29,901 nt of DNA. Origin: Promethearchaeia archaeon. Its GTDB lineage: Archaea; Asgardarchaeota; Lokiarchaeia; Sigyniarchaeales; SOKP01. A model generated the notes under the pieces. That model saw only the letters and a program-made list of their open reading frames with translations, was not told the DNA's origin and did not search any database. Position 1 is the first letter of the stretch. The number at the start of each line of letters is the position of its first letter. Below, piece after piece: positions 9,714-18,265 of this stretch. Made by a program: the position numbers and the translations under genes. The DNA lies in contig JAWOFX010000048.1 in assembly GCA_046497275.1 (NCBI GenBank), positions 1 through 29,901 of the forward strand, in the 5' to 3' direction.

Positions 9714-10673
9714 ATGTCTATAGAGAACAATCAGAGATATTTTTTATTAGATACTGACATTGGTTCTGATGTTAATGATGCTATGGCCTTATTATTATGT
9801 TTAAAACTTGATAATATCCCATTGTTAGGAATTACCACAATGTATAATATTGCTACTTTAAGAGCTAAAGTTGCGAAAAAAATTCTATTATTAGCAAATG
9901 AAAATATCCCAGTCGCGATTGGAAAAGACCAAACAATAGATAAGAGGGGTTTCATTTGGAAAACTGGATTAGAAGGGTTTGGACTACTAACAGATGACGA
10001 ATTTAGGAAAGATCCAAAAGAGATGGGTATTATTGAAAATGGTGTTGATTTTATGATAGACTTAGCGAAAAAGTATCCCGGAGAATTAGAGATCATCTCA
10101 ATAGGACAATTTACTAATATAGCAACAGCGATTCAAAAGGATCCAAGCTTTAAAGATAACGTTAAAAAAATATGGTCTATGTCCGCTGGAATAACCTTTT
10201 TAGATCCTATACCTGAGGATTTTCCTGATCCCAATGAAAGATATAGCGCGATTCCGAGTCATAACATAAGGAGTGATGTTGATGCTGCAATAATAGTTTT
10301 AGAATCAGGGATTGATATAACATTTATTGGTAATGATGTGTCTACAAAAGTAGTTTTATATAAGAATGATATTGAAAAATTGAGAAATTACGATACTGAT
10401 CTTAATAAGGCTATAATTGATATGATGGACATTTGGCTAACCTATAGATCTCGACGTTTAGATAAAGATATAGATTTTACTTGTCTTCAAGATGCATTGG
10501 TGATTGCTGAGGCTATAGGAACGCAATTCACAGAAAAAATCCCAATTAAAATGAAGATAGAAGAAAGTGGTGCTACATTGATAAATTATGATGAAAATTC
10601 CCCATATGAAATTGCTTGGAAGGTAGATGCAGAATCGTTTATGAACTGGTATCTTAAAAAGTTAATTAATTAA
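9714..10673 (+). CDS. Nucleoside hydrolase (IU-NH family), variant active site
   Basis: LLDTDIGSDVNDAMALL, ISIGQFTNIATA, HNIRSDVDAA and LQDALVIA, where the family usually has ...DD and LHD. Confidence 0.85.
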   Translation: MSIENNQRYFLLDTDIGSDVNDAMALLLCLKLDNIPLLGITTMYNIATLRAKVAKKILLLANENIPVAIGKDQTIDKRGFIWKTGLEGFGLLTDDEFRKDPKEMGIIENGVDFMIDLAKKYPGELEIISIGQFTNIATAIQKDPSFKDNVKKIWSMSAGITFLDPIPEDFPDPNERYSAIPSHNIRSDVDAAIIVLESGIDITFIGNDVSTKVVLYKNDIEKLRNYDTDLNKAIIDMMDIWLTYRSRRLDKDIDFTCLQDALVIAEAIGTQFTEKIPIKMKIEESGATLINYDENSPYEIAWKVDAESFMNWYLKKLIN

Positions 10674-10681
10674 TTAATTAA
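10662..10681. repeat. (TTAA)5 perfect palindromic microsatellite spanning the nucleoside hydrolase stop codon
   Basis: ttaattaattaattaattaa read directly from the sequence. Confidence 0.85.
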
Positions 10682-10860
10682 GATCTCAAAATATGATACG
10701 TTAAAAATGTTCAGCATTTAAGGTAAAAAGTAATTCGTTGAAATTATTATTAATATATTTAGGAATTTTTAATACTCTTCAAAAATTAGGAAAAATGAGT
10801 TAATTTATTTATTGTCAATTATTCATATAAATATCACTCTTATGGTATTAGGGTCTTATT

Positions 10861-12192
10861 ATGAGTTATAAGTTCACGAAGGAAGAATTAAAAGAACTTT
10901 TAGTTGATTATAATGAAATTGCTCTTCAAGATTATAATCTTCCGAAAGAAGTGTGTATTTGGGATGAAACATTAAGAGATGGCGAGCAAAGCCCTACAGT
11001 CTATCTTACTTTGGATGAAAAGATACATTTAGCGAAATTGATGGATGAAATTGGAGTCAGAATGATCGCAGTTGGATTTCCAGCAGTCTCAGAAAGCGAA
11101 AAGAATATTGTAAAAACAATCGTGAACGAAGATTGTAAACATGCATCTATATTGGGAATAGCTCGTCCTAAAAAAGAAGATATTGATGCATGTATAGATG
11201 CAGATCTAGAAGAAATCGTTGTTTTTATGCCTGTTTCTCCTATATTTATGAAAACCCTGAAATTGAGTGAGGAAGAGGAGCTTCAACAAATCACTTCAGC
11301 AATTCATTATGCTAAAGATAATGGATTTAAGGTTAATTGGGTTTCGGAGGATGGCACGAGAGCGGAATTTAATCATTTAAAAAATGTTTTTCAGACTGCA
11401 ATTAAAGCAGGGGCAGAGAGAATAGTCTTGGGAGATACAGTGGGAGTTTTAACGCCTCCATCCGCAAGCTATTTGGTGGGAAAAATTAGAGATGAAGTTA
11501 TTAAACCATTAAATAAGGATATTCCTATGGGGATTCATACTCATAATGATTTTGGATTAGCGGTTGCAAATACAGTTATGGGTGTTTTTGAAGGATGTCA
11601 ATATCCTCATACATGTATAAATGGATATGGTGAACGAGCCGGAAATGCTGCTCTTGAAGAGGTTGCGACTATTTTGGAACGAATGGGAATTAATACAGGA
11701 ATTGATTTAACTAAATTACCTGAATTAAGCAGCATTTGTGAAGAATATTTTTGTCAACCTATTTCTCAATATAAACCTATTGTGGGAGATTATGCATTCA
11801 GTCATGAAAGTGGATTACATATTGCAGCGATTCTCGCTCATCCACTGACATATGAACCAATCAATCCAAAAATGGTGGGGAGGAGAAGGAAATTTTATTT
11901 AGGAAAATTCTCGGGTTCTAAATCAATTATGCATGCTTTAAAGGATAAATTAAAAGTACTTGATTTAGAATGTATTCCGGATGAGGTTATAAAAAAAATA
12001 GTCACTGAAGTAAAACAGAAACATGAATCAAAATCAAAAGAAGAGATTAGAAAATCCTTTCATATCATAAAAAATGAGCTTGAAAAAATTACAAAAGGTC
12101 TCACAGATAAAGAATTTTTCAAAATAGTTAATGAATATGCACAACCCTTTGTACCACAAGAATTTAAACCTAAAAATAAAAATTCTGAATAA
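10861..12192 (+). CDS. Homocitrate/isopropylmalate/citramalate synthase family (DRE-TIM metallolyase), lacking the LeuA regulatory domain
   Basis: DETLRDGEQSP, EDGTRA, LGDTVG, GIHTHNDFGLAVAN, NGYGERAGNAALEEV, FSHESGLH, LGKFSG. At 443 aa there is no room for an allosteric C-terminal domain. Confidence 0.9.
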   Translation: MSYKFTKEELKELLVDYNEIALQDYNLPKEVCIWDETLRDGEQSPTVYLTLDEKIHLAKLMDEIGVRMIAVGFPAVSESEKNIVKTIVNEDCKHASILGIARPKKEDIDACIDADLEEIVVFMPVSPIFMKTLKLSEEEELQQITSAIHYAKDNGFKVNWVSEDGTRAEFNHLKNVFQTAIKAGAERIVLGDTVGVLTPPSASYLVGKIRDEVIKPLNKDIPMGIHTHNDFGLAVANTVMGVFEGCQYPHTCINGYGERAGNAALEEVATILERMGINTGIDLTKLPELSSICEEYFCQPISQYKPIVGDYAFSHESGLHIAAILAHPLTYEPINPKMVGRRRKFYLGKFSGSKSIMHALKDKLKVLDLECIPDEVIKKIVTEVKQKHESKSKEEIRKSFHIIKNELEKITKGLTDKEFFKIVNEYAQPFVPQEFKPKNKNSE

Positions 12193-12202
12193 AAAAAGAG
12201 TA

Positions 12203-13603
12203 TTATTTTTCTAATGCGGAAGAAATTTTTCCAATTCTTTTCCTGATTTTTTTAATTTCCGTTTGAAGTTTCTCTTTTTGTTTATTATAATCATTTTCAT
12301 CCATTTTTCCTGAGATATAATTTTTTTCTATGAAATCCATAAGATTGAGTAAAGATTTTAACTTTTTTTCTAAACTCCCAACTTCTTCTCTTAGTTCTTC
12401 TCGCCTTTCTCCAACATTTATTATTTCTTCCTCGATATTTTCTTCGAATTCTTCAGTGATTTCTTCAAGTTCTTCGATTTTTTCTTCTTCGATTTGTTCA
12501 TCTTCGGATTCTTCCTCTTCGATTTCCTTTTCGTTCGCTTTTTCCTTTTCCTTTCCAGTCGTAATTTTTTGTTCTTCATCTTTTAAGGATTCGAAATCTT
12601 CTTCGGTGAATAAGGGTTCTTTTACTGTTTGCGTATTCTGTTTTAGTGTCTTTTCTTTAAAATTTATGATTTGATCTTCTGAAATCGAAATTGCCTTGAT
12701 CAAATTCTCAAGAGTCTCTTCCATAGTTTTTATATGATCTAAATAGGTTTGTAATAGATTCATCAAATCGCTTTTATTCGATATTCTTATATCAACTTTC
12801 AGATTTGGTGATACAATACCTCCAATTTTTCTCCCTGTCAATGACCTTTCTAAATCCATTTGTGATATGTCAAGTGAAGCTTGAGGTTCCGGAGGTGTAT
12901 ATGTTTCGGTTGATTTTAAATCTAATCTGTATTCTGAGACTAACCACCTAAAAATATTAAGTGCTAAATCAGTATGGGTTTCATAAAGAAGACCTCCCCC
13001 AATTTTATCCCGAAACACTTCATAACTCCCGCTACAGCATATTCTTCCCTTTTCAGGTTCGGAGACACAAATTAAGGGGGATGAAAAAGGATCAGATGAT
13101 TCATTAGAGATTGCAATTGGAATTGCAGACCCAATAATAGATAAAGAACAACCAGCTCGATAACACATTTTCTTTATTCCAGTAGTTATAGGATGAGGAG
13201 GGGTAAAATTGGAAATAATAGGTAAATTTTCTAATCCAAAATTGTTTTGTGTATCAAGTACTTGATCATTTTCGAACATAATCCCAAAAATCTCACTTAA
13301 TTCGCTTAAATTACTGCTCCTTCCCTTATCTCCCCCAGCATGGGATAAAAGCAATAATCCTCCGCCATCTTGTTTAACCCAATTTTCAATTTCTAATATT
13401 TCATTACGAGAAATCTTTGCGAAATCAGGGCAAGCAAATACTAAAATATCATAACCTTGAAGAGAATCTTGTGTTATAGAACTCTCCAAAAAATCATGAC
13501 ACATAATATCATTTGCTTCTAACAATTCTTTAAGCTGGGAATAATTGTCTGTGAGCTTTCCTCGTTCTTTATGACCTGAATCAAAAGCTACATATGTTTT
13601 CAT
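12203..13603 (-). CDS. Cytoplasmic protein: N-terminal GIFT (GldG/IFT52/DUF4350-like) domain, acidic linker and C-terminal coiled coil/helical hairpin
   Basis: VAFDSGHKE, YSQLKELLE, YDILVFACP, GGGLLLLSHAGG, NLSELSEIFGIMFENDQV, HPITTGI, GRICCSGS, LNIFRWL. No signal peptide or TM segment. E-rich tract, then LMDFIEKNYISGKMDENDYNKQKEKL. Confidence 0.7.
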   Translation of the reverse strand: MKTYVAFDSGHKERGKLTDNYSQLKELLEANDIMCHDFLESSITQDSLQGYDILVFACPDFAKISRNEILEIENWVKQDGGGLLLLSHAGGDKGRSSNLSELSEIFGIMFENDQVLDTQNNFGLENLPIISNFTPPHPITTGIKKMCYRAGCSLSIIGSAIPIAISNESSDPFSSPLICVSEPEKGRICCSGSYEVFRDKIGGGLLYETHTDLALNIFRWLVSEYRLDLKSTETYTPPEPQASLDISQMDLERSLTGRKIGGIVSPNLKVDIRISNKSDLMNLLQTYLDHIKTMEETLENLIKAISISEDQIINFKEKTLKQNTQTVKEPLFTEEDFESLKDEEQKITTGKEKEKANEKEIEEEESEDEQIEEEKIEELEEITEEFEENIEEEIINVGERREELREEVGSLEKKLKSLLNLMDFIEKNYISGKMDENDYNKQKEKLQTEIKKIRKRIGKISSALEK

Positions 13604-13707
13604 ATAAATTACCTTTTTAAAGGATCTAATTTAAAAAAATTTTCATTAATATAACTAAGAGATTTTAGTTATTAAAATATCTTTGAAATTTATCAAAAAT
13701 TAGAAAA

Positions 13708-14805
13708 TTAATAAACACATTTGTCCCCAATTATTAAATTCTTTTTGGAAAGATTTTCTATAGTGACATTACTTCCTATTATTGAGTTTTCAGAAATAAT
13801 ATTATTTAACTGAGTATTTTTCTCTATTACGCAATTTTCTAAGATTGAATTTTTAATTAGACAATTTTTTCCTATAGAAACATAGGGTCCGATAACACTA
13901 TTTATGATTTCTGTATTTTTTCCTATATAGGAAGGATTTTTTACTAATGATTTTTCAATTTTGACATCTGTTTCTTTATAATACTCTACATTATGGGATT
14001 GTTGTTCTAATAAATATTTATTGCCTTTTAGAAGTGAAGAGGGTTTTCCGAAATCTAAAATACCTTTTTTTAATTCTACTGCTGCAATTTTAAAACCATC
14101 ATCAACTAACTTCTGTAGACTCTCTGTTAAATAAATTTCTTGATTTTTTTCTTTTTTTTCATTTAATTCTTCCTTTAGATTATTAAATAATGATTGGGAA
14201 GCATGATAAGAAAACGCATAAATACCAGCGATAGCTAGATTGGAGATATAATTTTTGGGTTTTTCAACCAATTTTTCTATTATTCCATTATCATCCACAT
14301 CCACAATTCCATAAGAGCTTGCATCTTCTTTAGGGACTCTCATCACGGTGATTATACCATCCACATCTGATTCATAATAACGGTACATAAGATAAGAATA
14401 CTCATCTAATAGAATCATATCCCCCAAAAAGATTAAACATCCTTCTCGCTTGTCATCTTCATGATCCTTAATTTCTATATTTTTAAAACGTTTATGTGCC
14501 AAATAAACCGCTTCGCCAAGACCCCAATAATAAGGAACATTATCTTGAAAACCACGTGGGATTTGTTCTATAAATGTCAGATTAAACTTATCTGAATAAT
14601 GTTTTTTTACATAATCTATAATTTGCCTTTTTTTATAACCAACAATAAGAATCAATTCAGTGTCAGAGCTAAAAGTATTCAAAAATTTTGTTAATATATG
14701 GTCTAACACTGTTTTTCCCGCTACAGTAATAAAGGCTTTAGGTTTACTAAGTGTGAACGGGCGTAATCTTGAACCAATTCCTGCGATGGGACCTATTATC
14801 TTCAT
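13708..14805 (-). CDS. Sugar-phosphate nucleotidyltransferase (long-form glucose-1-phosphate thymidylyltransferase-like) with C-terminal beta-helix
   Basis: IAGIGSRLRPFTLSKPK, GLGEAV, FLGD, YGIV, LVEKP, EIYLT, DFGKP and hexapeptide repeats (IGKNTEI, IGPYVSIGKNCLI). Confidence 0.9.
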   Translation of the reverse strand: MKIIGPIAGIGSRLRPFTLSKPKAFITVAGKTVLDHILTKFLNTFSSDTELILIVGYKKRQIIDYVKKHYSDKFNLTFIEQIPRGFQDNVPYYWGLGEAVYLAHKRFKNIEIKDHEDDKREGCLIFLGDMILLDEYSYLMYRYYESDVDGIITVMRVPKEDASSYGIVDVDDNGIIEKLVEKPKNYISNLAIAGIYAFSYHASQSLFNNLKEELNEKKEKNQEIYLTESLQKLVDDGFKIAAVELKKGILDFGKPSSLLKGNKYLLEQQSHNVEYYKETDVKIEKSLVKNPSYIGKNTEIINSVIGPYVSIGKNCLIKNSILENCVIEKNTQLNNIISENSIIGSNVTIENLSKKNLIIGDKCVY

Positions 14806-14865
14806 AAGAATTTTTTATTTTATTTTGATGATATATTTAATATTATAATGCTAATTATCATTTAT

Positions 14866-15642
14866 TTAATAAAATTCTGATTGATCTGAGTCAAATATTC
14901 GTTGTAAATAACCAAATAAAAGATCAAGGGAATGTTCATCTATAGTGGAGCAAGGAATCAATTCCGCAGTTGATCCCATCTGAACAAAAACATCGGATAT
15001 TAGTAATGATAATTGTCGTATTAATCCTTTTTCCCGCTCGTTTGTGGAATCCTCTAAAGCAAAGAAATCTTGACTCCAATTAATGATCATATCGATTTGA
15101 TCTTCATCTAATATGTCTGATTTTGACAAAACATTAATCTGAGGAATGTTTTTAAATCTAAATTGGACAGATGCAGCTAATAGTAATGTGGAGACAAATC
15201 CATTTGGTCTTTTCACAAAGTTAGAATCGAAAAGGAAGGAAACAGATTTCTGCACGTCCCCAATCCCCAAGGAACTTGCGATGAGTGGGCCCGTTTCTCG
15301 AAAAGAAAATAATTCAAGTTGCCCTGCTGTATCCACTAGTAACCAATCAGGGTTGTATTGATCAATCTCAAATTTCAAATCTTCCAAATAATTTATCATT
15401 AAATCAGAGGAAAGTATCATAGCACCATTTGGACCTAAATTATATTCATCCATTATCTCTTCTAAAACAATATAATCTCGAATATCTATATCTGGAACGT
15501 AAGGCATGTTTTTAACTCCTGGATCCAAATTAAGAGTAATAACCGAAACTTCTGGATTTCTATTTAAAATATAAGTTTTTAAATTTGCAGTCAGAGTTGA
15601 TTTTCCAGACCCTGCAGTTCCAATAAAATAATTTAAAAGCAT
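14866..15642 (-). CDS. GPN-loop GTPase
   Basis: GTAGSGKST Walker A, NLDPG, the GPN loop in LGPNG, VDTAGQLELF and NVLSKSD. Confidence 0.95.
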   Translation of the reverse strand: MLLNYFIGTAGSGKSTLTANLKTYILNRNPEVSVITLNLDPGVKNMPYVPDIDIRDYIVLEEIMDEYNLGPNGAMILSSDLMINYLEDLKFEIDQYNPDWLLVDTAGQLELFSFRETGPLIASSLGIGDVQKSVSFLFDSNFVKRPNGFVSTLLLAASVQFRFKNIPQINVLSKSDILDEDQIDMIINWSQDFFALEDSTNEREKGLIRQLSLLISDVFVQMGSTAELIPCSTIDEHSLDLLFGYLQRIFDSDQSEFY

Positions 15643-15732
15643 CGTAATTTACCTACAAAAATAATTATTCTGATAAAAAAATATGATTTAGCCAACGTAA
15701 TGTAATTAATTTATGCTGTAAAAAGAATTTTT

Positions 15733-16134
15733 TTATTCTTTTAATTGTGATAAATAATATATTGGTTTGTCTAATTCATTCTTAAAATACTCAATCTCTT
15801 CTTTAGATTGGTCTCCAATATAATTAGCAATATCTAATACTAAGATTGCATCTTGTTTTTGTAATTTTCTGAGTGCAATTTTTTGAAGCTGATCCCATTC
15901 GTACTCAGAAAATTTTTCTTTATTGAGTAAGCCATCCACAGAACAGATTGATACAAGCTTTTGATGCATAATTTGAAGAATAGATTCAATCTTGATAAAA
16001 TACTCCTTCGCTTTTGAAATTGATCCCACCAAGAAAATATTCTCCTCAGTGATGTTAGAAAAATTATACTCCCTAAACTCCTTCAGAAATGAAGAATTCA
16101 AACGATTTTCTTCCATAAATATATAAAATCTCAC
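15733..16134 (-). CDS. Small protein with a nucleoside-2-deoxyribosyltransferase-like (DUF4406-like) pattern
   Basis: IFLVGS ... RKLQKQDAILVLDIANYIGDQSKEEIEY...KPIYYL matches the K(I/L)..D.I.V....YIG.S...EIEY...K.I.Y pattern. The real start may be the second Met (MEENR). Confidence 0.55.
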   Translation of the reverse strand: MRFYIFMEENRLNSSFLKEFREYNFSNITEENIFLVGSISKAKEYFIKIESILQIMHQKLVSICSVDGLLNKEKFSEYEWDQLQKIALRKLQKQDAILVLDIANYIGDQSKEEIEYFKNELDKPIYYLSQLKE

Positions 16135-16266
16135 ATTATTGTTTAATTCTCACATTGAAAAATTAATTAGAGATTTAAGGACATCGAAAAATATTTTCAA
16201 GATAAAAAAAGATTAAATATAAGATTATACAAATATAGTTAAAAAAATGTTACAGAGGAAAATTAT

Positions 16267-16620
16267 ATGGTAGATAAAAAATATGCGTTATATGCATTTA
16301 ATGGAGACCCTATGTGTTTTATCCATGTAATATTAAACGCGCTAGATATGGATGAAAAAGGTTTTGATGTAAAAGTGATCGTTGAAGGATCGGCCTGTAA
16401 ACTCGTTGAGGAATTTGAAAATGAATCTAATCCAATGCACAGCCTTTATAAAAAGCTTGAGGATAAAGACTTATTAGATTGTTTCTGCAAAGCCTGTTCA
16501 AATAAAATGGGGGTTTTAGAAAAAGTGGAAAAGGGGGGATTTCCTACATGCGATGAGATGATGGGACATCCAAGTATGGCAAAATATATTGAAAAAGGAT
16601 ATAACATTATAACTTTTTAA
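16267..16620 (+). CDS. DsrE/DsrF-like family protein
   Basis: KYALYAFNGDPMCFIHVILNALDM, VKVIVEGSA, CFCKACS, GHPSMAKYIEKGYNIITF. GAGG SD upstream. Confidence 0.75.
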   Translation: MVDKKYALYAFNGDPMCFIHVILNALDMDEKGFDVKVIVEGSACKLVEEFENESNPMHSLYKKLEDKDLLDCFCKACSNKMGVLEKVEKGGFPTCDEMMGHPSMAKYIEKGYNIITF

Positions 16621-16653
16621 AACTGATAGGAACCCAAGAGGAAAAAGAAAAAG

Positions 16654-17469
16654 ATGCTAATAACTCCAAATATAATTATTGGACTAATTATAGGGATCAT
16701 TGCTTATACAATTTTAAATATTGGAAAAGGGATTCAAAAGTATGCGATTGAAGGTTTTAAAGTTGATAGGCAAATCAAGAGTAAAAATTCAGGAGTATGG
16801 ATAATTGGAACTATCCTCACAGGTACATATATGTTCATTCAATGGATTGCGCTTCTTTTTGCTCCCATCAATATAATTGCCCCTCTCGATGGATTTGGAC
16901 TTATAGTTTTCATTATTTTTTCATATTTTGTGCTAAAAGAAGAAATATCAAAGGTAGAGATTCTTGGAATAGTTTTTATCATAACTGGGGTAGTTTTAAT
17001 TACTGCATTTAATCCAAATAAAGGAATTATTCAAGCAAGTGATTTTAACGGAATCAATTTTCTTATAATTTCCATCTCTTTAATAGTAATTGAATTATTA
17101 TTAATTTTGATTTCTCGCTCAAAGGACTATAGAGTTTCGGGACTAATTCTTGGTGTTACTGCGGGAACTTTAATGGCCATTCAAAATGTATCAAAAAGAA
17201 TTACAGCTGTTTCGGATGTCACATTAACAATCATCTTTGGTATTTTAACATTAATTATGGCCACGTTAACATTAATTACGACACAATTTGCCTTCACGAA
17301 ATCTAACGCAAATCGCGTAGTCCCTTGTTTTACATCAGCAAGCATAATTTTATCAATATTAATGGGGATTATGTCCCTCAATGAAGATATATTATTGATA
17401 CAGATTATTGGGATAATTACAATTATAACTGGTATTATATTACTCAGCGCTTTCAGAAGGGAGAATTAA
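16654..17469 (+). CDS. DMT-superfamily transporter (EamA / NIPA Mg2+-transporter-like)
   Basis: About 9 TM helices with GIQK, WIIG, ALLFAPINIIAPLDG, LKEEI and TQFAF..SNANRVVP. Confidence 0.7.
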   Translation: MLITPNIIIGLIIGIIAYTILNIGKGIQKYAIEGFKVDRQIKSKNSGVWIIGTILTGTYMFIQWIALLFAPINIIAPLDGFGLIVFIIFSYFVLKEEISKVEILGIVFIITGVVLITAFNPNKGIIQASDFNGINFLIISISLIVIELLLILISRSKDYRVSGLILGVTAGTLMAIQNVSKRITAVSDVTLTIIFGILTLIMATLTLITTQFAFTKSNANRVVPCFTSASIILSILMGIMSLNEDILLIQIIGIITIITGIILLSAFRREN

Positions 17470-17476
17470 ATTAAAT

Positions 17477-17854
17477 TTAATCTTTTTTAATGATAATATC
17501 TCTAATTCCAATCCATTCTTTTGCTTCATCCAAAGAATGGACAATCTTCCTTTTTGGCGAATTAGCTTTATTTAGTATGTATTTTATCTCTTCTCTTAAC
17601 GGAGGATTATAAGGGACAACAAAAGAAGATTTAATTAATTTTTTATTATTCTCCTTTAATAAATTTAATACTATTTCTATAGAATTCAGTTTTAAGAATA
17701 TACCATCAACTAGATCGACAATTACAGAAAATAATTCTAATTTTTGAGTGAGTGATAAGAATTCCTCGGAAAATTTATTCGCTATTGAGGGCGGAAATGT
17801 ACCTATAATTTTTACAAAAAATTTATTTCCGTTAATCTTTTCTATTTTATACAT
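17477..17854 (-). CDS. STAS/SEC14 (SpoIIAA-like) small protein
   Basis: Alpha/beta pattern with VIVDL and a C-terminal HSLDEAKEWI typical of SpoIIAA-like proteins. Confidence 0.55.
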   Translation of the reverse strand: MYKIEKINGNKFFVKIIGTFPPSIANKFSEEFLSLTQKLELFSVIVDLVDGIFLKLNSIEIVLNLLKENNKKLIKSSFVVPYNPPLREEIKYILNKANSPKRKIVHSLDEAKEWIGIRDIIIKKD

Positions 17855-18265
17855 AAAAAATTCACTTTTTTTTAATATAGAGATAACTATTTTTCTTTAA
17901 AAATAATTAGATCTTCTAAATTAGTGGTTTAATATAGATTAATATTATGGAGAAATATATGATTAATCTTGAAATGAACGTTTCACGATTGTCTTTAATC
18001 ATAAGTTTTTACAAAAAAGTATCGTAAATTAATTTTTTTAATCCAAAACTTTTTAAAAAGAATCTTAGATAAAATGATAAAGTTTAAATAAATCATTTTA
18101 GAAGGTAATATAAAAGTTTTATGGTTTTTTCTCCTGGTTTTGAGAAAACTCATAGACTTTTTAGACTATAAAAGGTCAATTTTTTTAAATAAATAAGATT
18201 TATAGGCATATATTATTTTTGAGCAATAAAAAATATTCTCTAATAACTAAAGGAGAGTTGAGATA

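Noticed and set aside
10662-10681. (TTAA)5 as a functional element or transposon target scar
   Set aside because: There is no transposase or terminal repeat nearby; it is most simply a slippage microsatellite in AT-rich sequence.
10833-10850. TATCAC-containing site upstream of the homocitrate-synthase-family gene as a possible TrmB (TGM-type) operator
   Set aside because: The second half-site does not match GTGATA, and the motif is defined for Thermococcales regulators only.
17958-18003. Nested inverted repeats (TATGATTAA/TTAATCATA enclosing TGAAA/TTTCA) upstream of hppA as a possible ncRNA or riboswitch
   Set aside because: The pairing is almost all A/T with large internal loops and matches no riboswitch consensus I know; it cannot be distinguished from chance without covariation data.
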